DNA of 64,000 bases, taken from Octopus vulgaris. Lineage: Eukaryota. The stretch is from positions 117,614,001 to 117,678,000 of the forward strand of contig OX597823.1 in NCBI GenBank assembly GCA_951406725.2. The letters run 5' to 3'. Position numbers and translations under genes: made by a program. The notes under the pieces were generated by a model. The model ran no database searches. It saw nothing but the letters and a program-made list of their open reading frames with translations, and was not told the DNA's origin. Numbering within the stretch: position 1 is the first letter of the stretch; every line of letters begins with the position of its first letter. Positions 23,546 to 38,475 of the stretch are shown in pieces.

Positions 23546-26474
23546 GTAAATACTCGAAATATTAGGAAGATATAAAGTGGTTACGTAGCCTTTGAGTCGC
23601 AACGAAAGTACATTGGATTGCAAAAGGCATTCAACAAAAACAAATTAATGAATAGGAATGGCCATTTTACAGGCAACAAGTTTCTATTTTATCAGTGAGG
23701 CTGTGTTATTGGGGTCAGGCACTGAAGACTGACTGATAGCAATTTTAGTCCATCATATTCTCTGCACTCGATTTGTATATTATATTCAACCTTGCTAATG
23801 AAGCCAGCCTCTAACAGGCAGGAATAACATAGGCCAGTGGGTAAAGTACGAATGTGTGTTTGCTATTTCTTTAAGAAACTAAATCTAAAGAGCAGCTCTT
23901 AAAACTTCCTCCAAACATATAAAACATTTGCATTAAATTACAATCCTTGTTAGTCACTTTAACTAAAAGTTTGGTTGTTGATGGTGTTTGGTGTGAAAGA
24001 CTGTGGGTGACGTATTCATTGCAGATTAAATTACTCCTTGAAGGTTCTTTCCCCAGTTTATATAGATCATGATACAATTGTTACCACATTTCTTTGTTGA
24101 TGAGGTAGAAAACTATAATTAATTAATTCAAGGCATCTATATTATACAGACTGAAGAAAATAAAATAAAAGGAATAATAAAGCAAACCAAATATAATATT
24201 TATGATAAATGGGTGAACTGACTCTACCAAAACTGCAGTCGAATATTTATGTAAATGTATACTTCATCTGTCTGAAGTGCTAGTAATCCTGGTATACAAT
24301 CAGATCAATTTTGAGATCAATAGGGACCAATGAAGAGATTATCATCAAGTGACTTAATTTGATTTGTTGCAAACCAATGAAACATTGAAACCTGTTTTTT
24401 AAATGATGTAAATGTGATGGGACTGAGAAGTCTGATAGAGACGGAACAGTTGCAGCAAATGGAAGTGTGGTGAAGGCAAAATGTGATGGAGGTAGGTAGA
24501 CTACAGCTGATGGGACTGTAGTGAGGAGGACCAAGATGTAAACAGAGACAGAAGAGTCATAGCTAATGTGACTGTGATGAAAGATGTGTGGTTTCTGCAA
24601 AACATGACAAGACAACACTTATACTACTAAAACAGTAATTGTTACAGGAACAACAGACCAGCTGGAGCTACATTCCAGTCTAGAAATGGTAACAATGTTC
24701 TCATTGTTTATAATGTTGCCATTAAGAAAGAAAGAAATTCAAATATTCAGCAATTTTGATCAAATCTGATATCAGGTTATGTTTTAAATTCTTTGTTTCA
24801 GAAGAAACCTGTTGGTGATAATGGATCAGATACTGAGGCAGCTTATCTGTATAATTGCAGATAGTCAAGCTGAAAGCCTCCACTGCCCCCCCCCCCAATT
24901 ACCCCTGCATCTCTTCTCTTTATCATTCCAACTTCTCGTTCCACCCCACACCCCAAACTACTACACTAATTATTTTGCTAATTTTGTGCACCATGGGATG
25001 CAGAGACAAACATTTTCCATGGAATCTTTCTTATGGGGAAAGATTTGTAAAAATATGTTTATGATTCCCAAAACAGCTTTTTAAATTATAGATATTTATC
25101 ATCTCCTATTAGCTTCTTTCTATAATACCGATAAAAAAAAAGAATTAAAGTTGATTTTATGGATAGAAAATACCTACAGCAAGTCTGATCAGTCAAAGAA
25201 TGATATAAATATTTTTCAGACACAACACAGCTAAGGCAATTGCTAGTCCATAGATATCAACACATTTATCTTCCTAACTTTTCTTGCAGCCACAGAAAAT
25301 ATCCAGTAAAATGGCTTTATCCAATCAGTTGTACTGTATCCAGCTTACATTCAACCATACGTACACACTCTCCCCTTTCTCTCTCTCTCACACACATACA
25401 TACATACAAAGCAACAAAACCTGACACGTTTAACCACCACCTTCAGCTTTACACATTGGTCTTATCACATTTGCAACACAATAATTGTTAAATTAATAAC
25501 GTTATCTCCCAGCAGATAATCTTGTTCACATCACTTGGAATCACTTCACCATTACTTGACGTGATCAAATTGGGATTTATGGAAATTCATCAGAAAATCA
25601 AAACAAAAATGATGATGATGACGACTATGACGGCAACGATGGAGACGATACATTTTCATTTAACAAGGTGGTATATTTGACAGTCTAGAGAGAGAAGAAA
25701 AAATGATCTCCAAGTTCTGTGGCTAATTTAAAAGCAGTCATTATGGTCAGGTCTTGCAACCAATGAGGTATGCACGCTAAGACAGGGGGAAAAAAAAAAG
25801 AAATGTGTGCTCAAGGAGAAGAAAAAGAAAGAAGAAAAAATTTAAAACTATTGAATAAAGAAAATCAACCTGATTATTATCATTATAATTATTATTATTA
25901 TTGTTGTTGTTGTTGTTGTTAATAGAAAAATATAAACAATTTTCACAATGATTCATGGATTAAGTTTTACAGCTTTGTAACTTGTGTACAACTTTGTAAC
26001 ATAGATTAAATAGATTTGTGTGTATGTGTAAGAGAGAGGAAAAGAGGAGGAGAGAGAGGGGGGCAGTGAAACAGAAGGAGAACAAATGAAACTATCTCTC
26101 TCTCTCTCTCTCACTATACAAGAGTGTTTGGCAGGGTGTGGGAGTTTATGGTGAATCCTCTGTCAGATTTTGAAAATGAGAATTCAGTTGTTCAATCAAC
26201 AGAATGTCCAACTCATTAAATTAATGCGTAAGTGGCTGAGTATTCCACAGACATGTACCCACACCTACACTCCAATTAAAAGGCTTCTACACTGTTGCTC
26301 TCAACCCACTTTCACTTATGAGGCTTGGATCGACTCAAGTGAGGACACTTACTCAGGATACAACAAAGTCAATTCAGATTTCATCTCTTCTGTTCAGGGA
26401 CTGGAATTCAAAGATTGGGATTAACAATTCCTCCAATAAATGCAACACACATTTTTCTTTCTCTTCATTATCAT

Positions 26475-26922
26475 AGGCATGGCTGTGGGCTTAAGGCATT
26501 TGTTTCCTAACCATATGGTCTTGGGTTCAGTCCCACAGTGTGACATCTTGGGCAAGTGCCTTCTACTATGGCCTTGGGCCAACTAAAACCTTGTTAATGG
26601 ATTTGAAAGGAAACTGGAAGAAGTCTTTTACATATGTATGTGTGTGTGTGTATTTCTGTGTATCCTTGTCTTAACATCACGTGAAGGTTGTAAACAAACA
26701 TGATCATCGTACAGACGATGTTGTTCATTTCTAGTCTTCCATAAAAATTTTTAAAAAAAAAACACATTTCCACAGAGAAATATTATAACCTTATCAGGAA
26801 ATGGGTAAGGATTGGTCAGGACGGGCATCTGGCTGTGGAAAATCTGCCTGAACAAATTCAATCTGACTAGTGCAAGCATGAAAAAGTGGACATCAGATGA
26901 TGATGATGATGATGATGATGAT
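26475..26922 (+). mobile_element. SINE family B-like head with a different body and RTE-like (GAT)n tail
   Basis: GGCATGGCTGTG..GGTTCAGTCCCA..TTGGGCAAGTG head; 3' AGCATGAAAAAGTGGACATCAGATGATGAT tail. Confidence 0.65.
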
Positions 26923-27516
26923 GTACAGGAGTGCAGCATCATCCCCCTCCCCTGCTTTCCACCAATACCAATAGATGGCACTGAAACTCATTTCCTAACC
27001 TAAACTAATGAAAACCAAGAACAAATAACAGTTCCTATATTATCTGGTAGCGGAACGCTAGATCTAGAATTAATAAGTAATTCTTCTATTTTAGAAGTGA
27101 CTTAGAGAAATCGTTGCTTGTTGGAGTTTGGAATAGAATTTCTGCCGAGGTGATTAGATTGGAAAGCAACAAATCCTTGAAAATAAATGAATAAAGTTAA
27201 AAATATTTGTAAGAAGAATAGCCTAGGAACTTGATATGTAATTTATATTCACACAAAGAAATACAGAAAAGGTTTAGAAAATTTTAAATTAAACAAATGG
27301 ATATATACTTAAATTTTTCACTTTGCACACCTGCACAAATGGATATGCATGTGTGTGCATACACAAACATACTTGCACATATATGCACATACACAGAAAA
27401 ATATCCACATATACATGTGTGAGTGCACATAAGGTATGTATAATTGGCAAAATACAATCATGCATACATACACAGACATATGGATATATGCATAAAAATA
27501 TACACATACAGGCACA

Positions 27517-27562
<46 letters not shown>

Positions 27563-28754
27563 TACATACATACACATATATAAATATTTATTTGTTCATT
27601 TTACTTCTACTTTCTGAAGCTTGCATGGATTGAATGGAGACAAGTACAGGTGTGTGTGTGTGTGTGTATCTATGGATATATATGAATGTGTTTACATGAA
27701 AATAAGTGTGTATACATGAACACACACACACATTGGGCCAACCAAAACCTTGTGAGTGCACCTGGTAAATGAAAACTGAAAGAAGCCCCTCTCTCTCTGC
27801 CCGTGTTTGCATCTCCTTGTTTTGATATCATGTGATAACTGTAAATGAGTGTTGCTGTCATTTATTCCGAACATTCTGCAAGCATCTTGCCTGGAAACAG
27901 GTGAGAATTGGCAGCCATAAACTAGCTGACCCATGGAAGCATGGAAAAGTGAATGTTAAAATGATGATGATGATAATGATGATATATGCATGTTTACACA
28001 CACAAACATACATACATCATAATCATTTAAGATCCATCTCTAATGCTGAAATCAACTGAATAATTTGACAGGATCCGACAGTCTGACATGTCAAAGGACT
28101 GCATTGTGTCTTACTGTCTAGCTTGGCATGGTTTCTATGGCAGGATACCCTTTCTAGTGCAAACCACATTACAACATGTACTAGGTGCTTTGTTTTTGAC
28201 CTACCACCAGTAAAATTGCCATGCAGCTTGCTAGGGTAGAAACTCTAAGAGAGGTGACTATATTCTAATGAGACGATGGGTTACAGTATGAGAGGAGGGG
28301 CCAGAATATTCTTGCTGTAGAGGGGCTACATGGCTGTTCACATTTTAGAAGAGGTGGGAGTGATTATGATGAAGTAGGAAAGAGATAATACAGGTGTTGA
28401 CGTGTCTGCACAGACCCTCAAGGTACAAGACAAGAAGCGAATGGGGGGGGGGGGGCTTAAAGAACTGGGAGTGTTCATGAGTAGAGATAGTGAAAGGGAA
28501 TGATAGATAGATAGATATAATGAATGAAGATCAAGTGTTGAGTGGATGATGAGTGAGTGAGTGAGTGTGTGTGTGTGTGAAGGTGGGGGGTGGGTTAATG
28601 TAAAAAGTGAATGTAGAGGGCAGTATTAAGGGTGAAGAATAGATTTCAAGTGAAATGGTTTCAAGTGGTTAGAAAGACGAGTTGTATCAAGTGAAAGTTG
28701 CAGTTAGAGAGATGAAAGATGGTGTGGATGTCTTGAAGAGGAAATTAGGCGCGT

Positions 28755-28794
<40 letters not shown>

Positions 28795-28859
28795 CTTTCA
28801 GAACAACACAACAAAAGTTTAATATGAAATCGTGAGTTATGACTTCATATGTGTGCTGG

Positions 28860-29230
28860 GTTGGAATGGTCTTCCTGATAACTTCATATCTCTAGTCACT
28901 TCATTTTCAAGTAATTTCCATGAAATTCAAGGTCCCAAGATCACTCTTCAACACTTCATCTCATGCCTTTTTGGGTCTCCTTCTTCCACTAGCTCTACCT
29001 ACATTTAGTGACCAGAACTTCTCTATACAGCTGTCTTCATCTGTACACATCACATAGCCATCCCAGCACAACTTTCCTCTCCTGCACACTGCATCCGATT
29101 CTTCTTATGCCCAGGCTTTTCTCAGCACATTCTTACTATGTTCATGCTCACTTACAGGACACATTCCACAAGTGTTCTGCACTGAAGGTCAGCTTCATTT
29201 TTATCGCAGTTTTATGCAGCTTTGCATTGT
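28860..29230 (-). mobile_element. Old RTE-like LINE ORF C-terminal remnant
   Basis: Minus strand reads approximately GRRRPKKA.DEVLKSDL, resembling the 22346-22726 C-terminus; heavily degraded. Confidence 0.5.
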
Positions 29231-29289
29231 TTCTAAGAATTCCTTTCCTACCATTCTCATTAGTTCAATATATTGTGTATGAAATATGA

Positions 29290-29613
29290 TGCAGTTGTGA
29301 TACCTGTGCCGGTGGCACGTAAAAAGCACCATCCGAATATGGCCGATGCCAGCCTTGACTGGCTTCCGTGCTGGTGGCATGTAAAAAGCACCAACCGATC
29401 ATGGCCGTTGCCAGCCTTGCCTGGCACCTGTGCCAGTGGCACGTAAAAAGCACCCACTACACTCACAGAGTGGTTGGCGTTAGGAAGGGCATCCAGCTGT
29501 AGAAACACTGCCAGATCAGATTGGGGCATGGTGCAGCCTCCTGGCTTTCCAGACCCCAGTCGAACCGTCCAAACCATGCTAGCATGGTGAACAGATGTTA
29601 AACGATGATGATG
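29290..29613 (+). mobile_element. RTE LINE 3'UTR copy with three GTGCC.GTGGCACGTAAAAAGCACC units
   Basis: Homologous to the 21783-22110 reverse complement; (GAT)n tail. Confidence 0.85.
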
Positions 29614-31169
29614 AGTATTTAGTGTCTATGTTTCACAAAAATAAAGTGCAGACAAAATTATTGTTGCTTTTAAAACAGTATCTGGTTGCTTATCTGTATA
29701 TTTTTCCCAAAAAGCATATAATTTTTCAAAAGTCACTGTAACTGCCGCAATTTGGCATTTACTTCATTGATCTCACATCTTTCATTATTGTTCTTCCCAA
29801 AGGAATAAATTCATATCATTTGAATGTTTACATGTTTAATTCTGTTGGATTGACTTTTTTTGTAAACATTATTTGGATTTTTATCTTTTCAGCAATTATT
29901 CCCTTCTATATCTTCTTACAGTTGTATCAAGATATATTAGATTTCCAAGTTCTTCTTATTTTGCCCTTGTATGCATGCATCTGTGTGTGTAAATGAAATG
30001 CATTATACTCTCAACCTTTGGGTCACATATGTAACTTGATATATACACACACACACACACATTTTTAAGCACACTTCAAAGCATGAACCTTCATTTAACA
30101 ATTATATGCCATCATCACTTTACATCCAGTTTTCAAGCTGCCATGGGTTAGACAGGTCAATACAATCTGAGTCATTTCTTATTGGGTGCTACAGCCCCTA
30201 AAAACTGGTAGTGGTGATGTATGTATACATGTATGTATTTATAGATAGATAGATATAGATATAGATAGATATATAGAGATAGATAGATAGATAGACTGAT
30301 GCACATACATAGCTATGTGTGCACATACACATATGCATGCATGCGAGTGTATAAGAGGATATATACATGTTTGTGTGTGTAGAGAGAAACAGAGAGACAG
30401 ACAGGCAGATTAGAGACTACTAGTAACTGTATTAGTAAGATCAAAGATATTAAACACATCAATATAGAATTGGGAAATATTAGATTCATAAATGCTAGAA
30501 TATCAGAATTGCAATTTTTTCCCATTTTTTAATTGGAAAATGGTGTTAAGTGAAGACAGTAGAATATTAATATTAATACTGCAATAGCAACAACAACAAT
30601 ATTAATAATAATATTTGCCAAAGAATAGGAAAAAACAAAATAGAAAGCAATGCAGCAGCATTAAGAGATTTTGAAGAGGGATACAGACTGCAGACACATT
30701 GCAACAAAGCAACAAATGCAATGTCAGCCAAAACAACCCAAGAATTTATCCAGATACAGATAATGTTTGTCTTGATAAGCAATAACAATTTACTGACAAA
30801 AGCAAAAACAACTTGGATTCTTCACAGAGGAAAACCAATCAATTTCCAAGTCTGCAGAAACATCAAACTCCAGAATTTTGCTTCTTTACAGAAATCATAT
30901 TGCAAAAGATAACTGCTCATCTGGAAACATCATACTTTCAGAATAACAGAGAATTCATATGAGTGTGAAAAGCAGATACTGATTAGCAAAGCCATTTTTG
31001 AAAACTAAAACAAGAGAAAGGCAAGTTTGGCCTTACTAGAGATTTATTAATAGAAGGCTTTTAAGAGTGGTTTCCACTTGTGGATTCTGGAATCATTAAC
31101 CATTAGTGAGATTGCACCGATAATCAGCAAGTACCTCAAACAAACCTTGAGGCTGAAGAATTTTAGAAA

Positions 31170-31845
31170 TCCTGTGCTGGTGACACGTAAAAAGCACCAA
31201 CCAATCGTGGCCGTTTGCCTGCCTCCCCTGGCCCCTGTGCCAGTGGCACATAAAAAGCACCGTCCGAACCCGGCAGATGCCAGTGCTGCCTGACTGGCAT
31301 CAGTGTTGGTGACACATAAAAGCACCAACCAATCGTGGCCGTTTGCCTGCCTCCCCTGGCCCCTGTGCCAGTGGCACGTAAAAAGCACCGTTCGAACCCG
31401 GCAGATGCCAGCGCCGCCTGACTGGCATCAGTGTTGGTGACACATAAAAGCACCAACCAATCGTGGCCGTTTGCCTGCCTGGCCCCTGGCCCCTGTGCCA
31501 GTGGCACGTCCTGCCTCCCTGGCCCCTGTGCCAGTGGCACGTAAAGCACCGTCCGAACCCGGCAGATGCCAGCGCCGCCTGACTGGCGTCCGTGTCAGTG
31601 ACATGTAAAAACACCAACCAATCGTGGCCGTTTGCCTGCCTCCCCTGGCCCCTGTGCCAGTGGCACGTAAAAAGCACCCACTACACTCACGGAGTGGTTG
31701 GCATTAGGAAGGGCATCCAGCTGTAGAAACTCTGCCAGATTAGACTGGAGCCTGGTGCAGCCTCCAGGCTTCGCAGACCCCGGTCGAACCGTCCAACCCA
31801 TGCTAGGATGGAAAACGGATGTTAAACGATGATGATGATGATGAT
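31170..31845 (+). mobile_element. RTE LINE 3'UTR with tandemly amplified ~122-bp subunit
   Basis: About four ~122-bp direct repeats (31170-31680) followed by the standard tail CTACACTCACGGAGTGGTTGGC...(GAT)n. Confidence 0.88.
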
Positions 31846-32359
31846 AAAAGATTAAGGAGTTGAAATAGCAAGAATGAGGAGTAAAGACACAGAAATAGTT
31901 CCAATCATTAATTCTAAGAGCACCAAGAGTTTTAAAGCCCAGTACAAAAAAGAACCAAAGGATTGCTTGAAGACCTTCTATCGGTGAAGTTCAGAAAATG
32001 GCATTCCTGCAAAGTACCAATATTCAGAGGAAAATATTACAAATAAACTGAAAACATTAAAGTTTTTGTACAATACAGTATGTGTACACTTAATAAGGTG
32101 ATAAGAGTTTCCAATTTAGGTTAGCAATTCTTAAATAGGATAATAACAGCTGTTTCAAATTTTGGTACAAGGCTGGTGACTTTAGGAGGAAGAAGTAAGT
32201 CAATGATGTCAACGAGCCAACAGTAGTAGACTAGCCCTTGGGAAGACAAAGTTGACCTCAATGGGATTTGAACTCAGAGTGTAAAGAGTTGGAAGAAATG
32301 CCACTGAGTATTTTATTAGTTGTACTCACAATTCTATCAGTACACGTATACCCCAATAA

Positions 32360-32581
32360 TAATAATCCTTTCTGTTATAAGCACAAGGCCTAAAATTTTG
32401 GGGAAGGGGACCAGTCAATTACATCAACCCCAGTATTTCACTGGTACTTAATTTATTGACCCCAAAAGGATGAAAGGTAAAGTCAACCCCAGCGATATTT
32501 GAACTCAGAACATAAAGACCGACGAAATGCCACTAAGCATTTTGCCCGGCGTGTTAATGGTTCTGTCTGCTCGCTGCCTTA
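32360..32581 (-). mobile_element. SINE family A variant (an older copy lies at ~32140-32345)
   Basis: Conserved core and head on the minus strand. Confidence 0.8.
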
Positions 32582-33772
32582 ATAGTAACAACAGTAATAA
32601 TAACTTCTTTATGAATCACAAGTGCTCAAAAGATAAAATGAAATTAATATTAAAGACAATGTCTTTTACTATACATAAATGTGAGGCTGGATAGAGTTAT
32701 TGAAAAAAAATGCAAGAAGGATAACGATGTTATACCATACACTGATTAAAAATTCAAGAAAACACAAAATAATATTGTAAAGATTCAATAAAACACATAA
32801 TAATTAAAACAAGGTAGAGCTTAAATCTGAAAAATCATCTGAAGCATTTAGGATCACCTACCCACACATGGGTTGGAACACAGTGGCTAGGTTGGACTAG
32901 GAACCTCACAACTCTGCCCTTAAGTAATTCCACATTCTGTTTTCCAGTGGACCCAATGACACAGATTAGCACTCTTTGGGTGTTTGAGTATTTTTTCATC
33001 CATGGTGAACACTTTTCTAACTTTCTGTTGTTTATATGTTTAAGAGTGAGTCTTCAAAAATATTTTGTTAAAAAGTTCAGAAATCCTGGTATACATAATA
33101 ACTAAGTTTTCATGTTCCAGTTGTACTACTGTGGACCCTATGACAATTTCCTGAGGAGGTGGAGCCTGTTTAAATTTCTTTATGCTGTAGCCTTTTGTTG
33201 GGATTCACTCTTCCTTTTTTAGAGTTTTTCCTTTTTGTTTTTGTTTACCTTATATTTTCAGTGAATTTCTTCTTTCGTTCATTACAAAATGTTGGGATAG
33301 TTGCTACAGTTGTGAACTGGGAATCTGTTTGCTTGTTTTCAAGACAAGCTAAGAGGTGATCTCCTCTACCATTTCTAGGGTTGTGACTGATGGTGCTCTA
33401 GAACTGAGTCCTGCCAATCTTGTTGCTATATAGGATCCCGTTTGTTGCTTTCACTTCTCTTTCACTTTCCAAGCTTTTCCAGTTCTGTCCAGACTAAAAG
33501 ACACTCAAGTGATTTTACGGTCATCTCTATAAAACTAACCCTTTTATTCTGTACTTTCAGTCTCATACCCTTTGTCTCTGAACCCTCAACTGGGCACATC
33601 TGCAGTATGACCTTGTGGTTTCAGGGGTCATTAAAACTTGTAAATCCAGCTTAAACCTACCTCACCACATGTCATTCTCATCTAAACTCTGATATAAAGA
33701 TGACAACCAGCTTCACATCCAGATTAGTTCCAATGTCTCTGATCATCATCCTTATATTACTCTAGCTCAAAT

Positions 33773-34004
33773 ACTTATTTCTTCATTGCCCACAAGGGGC
33801 TAAACATAGAGGGGACAAACAAGGACAAAGGGATTATGTTGATTACATCGACCCCAGTGCGCAACTGGTACTTATTTAATCGACCCCAAAAGGATGAAAG
33901 GCAAAGTCGACCTCGGCGGAATTTGAACTCAGAACGTAGCGGCAGATGAAATACTGCTAAGCATTTCGTTCAGCGTGCTAACGATTCTACCAGCTTACTG
34001 CCTT
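33773..34004 (-). mobile_element. SINE family A (full length)
   Basis: Reverse complement of 11807-12040. Confidence 0.88.
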
Positions 34005-36227
34005 ACTCTGAGAAACAAATACTGAGAAACAAGTGCATAAGTGTAGGTATGTCTATTCCAGGCAGTGTTGTGGCTGAGTCTTTGACCCCAAAGTACTTTA
34101 GTCAGCACAACAAGCTTTACTCTACTCAATCAGAAAGATATCTCATGACATTTCACATTGTGCTTCTTGTTCCAGCTGCTGTTTTGAGGAGAGACAGAAA
34201 TGTTTGCCAGTCTTCATACACAACAGTTATGCTGCTTTTCTTTTTGTCGTCTCTTGAATAAGATCCTGGAGCAAAGCGACACTGTTTAATTTCACACAAT
34301 TCACTTAGTGAATTTTTTCGGAGGAACTTTCAAGTCAAAAGATTGTCTGTGTAATGACAAAGGCAAGCAAAGGTGACTGTTTTAGAATTACTACTGAATA
34401 CACCTTCAAACATATTTGTCTGTGCATGAGTGTTGTTGCTTTTACTGTTGCTGTTCAAAATATTTGTTAAACTTTCCAAAACAATTCTTTTTGTATTAAA
34501 TGTCCATTTTTTTGTTTTTGTTTCAAGTATTCAGACTTTAGAGTAATTTGTTGATGTGTGTTCTGTGAGTTGTTGAATTTATTCTTTATTCTTTTTTTTG
34601 TGTTTTCCTTTTCAGGACTAAATCTTTTAGATATTTTGATATAAAATGCCATGAAAATGTGAAAGCAAATCAAATATAAAGTCTGTAAAGACAGATTCTC
34701 TTTATCTACTCTAGTTATTGGGGTAGACATTCACAGGTAATAAAAATCGCTATCAACAAGTAATCTGAAGAATTCTTGTTTTGCAATGCTTGAAATGAAG
34801 TTGAATCTCAGAGAGAGAAAAAATGAAAAGCACATCTAAATGCTTTGAGAGTAGTGCTGCTGCTGCTGCTGCTAGGAGGGGGAGGAGGGGGGATCGGCTG
34901 GCAGAAGCTCAACCCCTCCTCCATGCATTGTAGACAGGATAATGTAGATATGGCAGCCCAGCCATAAATATAGCCAAAGGGAGTCTGACAGTCAGACCCA
35001 ACAATGCCAGTTTGACCAGCTAAACTGTCAAACTACAATGGTTGTCATGTAGGTTAACAAAGACCATGAACCCAACTAAGGGACCAGGCTGGGAATGAAA
35101 ATATTCCTAGAGGAACAGGTTCTGCCCACTAAAAACTAGAGAAACCCCAAATCAAGGACATTCCACACTATAGCCATCTATGTTTATCAACTGAAATGCC
35201 CAACAAAAGGATCGAGAAAAAAAATGGTCACGGAAAGAACATAAGGAAGTATTCTACATGCTTCACTGAACCTAACAGTAACATCAATGTCTAAAACAAC
35301 TTAAAACATCTGACGGAGTTTGATGCCAGCAACCAGGAAATATTAATTAATAGTTATGCTATCCACTGAGGTCAGCTTTGCTTTTTATCTTTTCCAGGTC
35401 AATAAAATAGAAGTGTCAGTCAAGTACAGGGCTCCAAAATGTTAGGACTTGCACTTATAGTATAAAAGATGACTATTACAATTACTGAATGTAGTGAATG
35501 GCAGAATTGGTAGAGCAGTGGATTAATAACTTTATCTTCAGTTGCATCCTTTCACATTATCAGTTCAAATCCTAAAGAAACAAAACTTTGCCTTTCATTA
35601 GTTGCAATGCTTTATATTCTATCCTCATTTTCTGTCAGAGTCAGTTTTGATAAAGTAAAGAATTAATCTCGATTAATTTAATTGATTCCCCAATGATATC
35701 TGGCGCTATGCCAATGATAGAAATTATTATATTATGATTATAGGTAATGAAATAAGTAACTCTATAATCTTGTGCTTAAGTCACAAATACTCAGTAGATT
35801 AGTTTCTTATCAATTCTAAGACATCACTTGACAAAGATTGTTGCTTTTCAAAAAAGAATTCCACCCATTAAATTTGGAGATCAATGTTTATTTCTTTTTT
35901 ATTGTTCCTTTCTAATATCTTTCTCAATAATGTTCTCAATCTCTCCCAAACAAATTTCTAAGTTATTTTTTTTTTTATTTCTCTGAGATATTCTATCTTT
36001 ATTTTAATTCTTATCCAATTCTCTATTGAGGATAAATCTATGTTTTTTTTTTAACTTTGAACATCCTATACAACAATGAATCCACCCAACAGTGAATGCA
36101 TCTTTCAGTCCAATATCCCTGCAATGGCCCAAATTGAACTGATCCTGTTTATGACTTAAAGGTTATGAACTTGCTAATCAAAGGAAGAAAACTGTAATTC
36201 TATCCTCTATCATTTATTTACATTCCA

Positions 36228-37503
36228 TTGGGTTGTCCGGAAAGTTCATGCCGATTTTTAAAGGAAAGAAAAAGGTCAATAAATACTTGCCATTACATTT
36301 TTAAGCAACCAAATATGAACCATTTTGATGCACAATGCGTCTCCATCTTTCCTTTTACTTCAAAATACCCTCTTCCCAGAATTGAGGTGGTTTCATCGCA
36401 AAGAATTCATCAAGGTATCTTTTTACGTCATTGAAGGAATTGAAATTTTTACCATTAAGACTATTCTGCGGAGACCTGAATAAGTGGAAATCCGAAGGAG
36501 CAATATCTGGCGAATATGGAGGGTGGGGTAACACATCCCAGCCGAGCTGCAGCAATTTTTGTTTGGTTCCCAAAGAAACATGCAGTCTTGCATTATCATG
36601 TTGGAAAACAACACCCTTCCTGTTGGCCAATTCTGGACGCTTCTCTTGAATTGTTGCTTCTAACTCGTCCAGTTGTGTGCAGTATTTCTCAGAATTGTCT
36701 GGTTATTTGGGAGAAGCTCATGGTACAGAATTTCTTTCCAATCCCACCAGACTTTTTTAGGATGAAGACCTGCTTTTAGGGTGGCTAAGGGTGGCTCATG
36801 TCACTTACTCCAGGATCGCTTTCTCTGAACATTTTAGTAGATAATCCATTTCTCAACACCTGTCACAATTTACTTTAAAAAGGGCGTGCTTTCATTTCAG
36901 TTATAAAGTGAATCACAGATGAAAATACGATCCAAAAGGTTCTTCTCACTTAACTCATGTGGTACCCAAACATCGTAGTGATTTGTGTACCCAAGCTTTC
37001 AAGCTTTACCAGGTGCTCACAAATGATGGATTTTGATAGATTGAGGCTTTCTGCCAATTCTCGGGTTGTGCAATGTGGGTTATTCTCAATTAATGACTTG
37101 ATTTGGTCATCATCTGTAGTGGATGGTCTACCTGATCGCTCTTTATCAATAAGGCTACAATCTCCAGCTTGGAACCTTGCGATCCACTTCTGTACAGTTC
37201 TTTCGGATAAAGAAACATCATTGTAAACTGTGCATATTTCTTTGGTTGCTTGTGAGGCATTTTTCCCTTTACAGAAAAAGAAAAGCATTAAGTGCCGAAG
37301 ATGAACTTTCTTATTTTCCATTTTAAAGGGTTACAGAATTAACACAGGTTATAGGAACACAAACCTTCTTCCACATAAAGATAGCTTAAAATGTGCTCTA
37401 AATGGAGGTGTAGTCAAATCCTATTTTATGGACTCAACCATGTTCTAAAATAAGTTGAAAGGTAAGCTACTATAAATCGGTACGAACTTTCCAGACAACC
37501 CAA
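36228..37503 (-). mobile_element. Near full-length mariner (DD34D) transposon, inactive
   Basis: 1276 bp; TIRs TTGGGTTGTC(C/T)GGAAAGTTC; TA at 37504-37505. HTH N-terminus MENKKVHLRHLML...RSGRP; catalytic QHDNAR...YSPDIAPSD with 34 residues between the Ds; frameshifts and stops. Confidence 0.95.
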
Positions 37504-38310
37504 TAAAATATTCACTATTAAAATTGATGCACATGCTGCTGAAGTTTTCTAATTTATTTTTTAAAAATGTTTTCCTTTATCAAAACTTTCATGTGTACCT
37601 AGGTATGTTATTTTTGATGAGTGTAACTCAGCTTACCTATAAATTTTATAATGAATGTGCAGCAAAAAAGGTTGAGGAAAATTTTTTTTTGTGATGTTTG
37701 TACAGACATGTTTATTATTATTAGTTGCATTTAATTTATTAACATTTCTTTTCATAATTTTTTTAGTTATTATGTAATTAATTAACAATCACAAATGACT
37801 ATACTTTTCAAAAACTAAGTCTTTTCTGCAATACAATCAATTTTCACAACAATCTGGCAATTAAATACACTATAAGCATTTGAATAAACAAGTCCATGTT
37901 TAGCAATTTTCTGTTCAACTTCAACAGGACCAAGCTTTTAACTTAGAGAATTTTCAACAGAATTGCTAAATTATTTTATGTAAATATTATGTCCAGTAAC
38001 TGACAGGCTTGTTGAGCACAATAAGGCTAATTTCTTCATGCAGAGACTCAATTGTAGATATACTAGAACAGTTCTCCTTGGCTACATTCAGCTGCATGGG
38101 AGCCTATGAGCTCAGTACCATTAGCTAATGAAACAATAATCAGATATAAGTCCCTACAGTCTAGAGAAGTACCTCACCACTTCATATGTATTTACCAGGG
38201 ATATGGCACAACATCAATACATGGTAAACTCTTCAGTGGAAGTCAGAAGTTAATGGAATCAGTTAGATGGAATGAGTTGTAATTAAATAAATTAAAATAA
38301 TTTGAAGTAC

Positions 38311-38475
38311 CTTTCCTTCCTCAGCCATCGTATAATCTTAAAGTCTTCCATATTAGCTGCAAACATGCCAAGATCTCTAAGGCGATGAGAAGAGAGCAGC
38401 TTTCGAGCATGTTGATCAAGAATGCTGTCAATACAAAACTGGTCAACGGTTTCCTCTTTTGAACGAGAGTTCCTT
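38311..38475 (-). CDS. RIC1: RIC1 coding exon
   Basis: tttcag acceptor, GTACTT donor, 165 nt, phase 2-2. IDSILDQHARKLLSSHRLRDLGMFAANM..IIRWLRKER corresponds to RIC1 [37 protein letters not shown]. Confidence 0.95.

Noticed and set aside
31170-31680. CRISPR-like repeat/spacer appearance
   Set aside because: The 'spacers' are themselves repeated, the array lies in a LINE 3'UTR in eukaryotic DNA, and there are no cas genes
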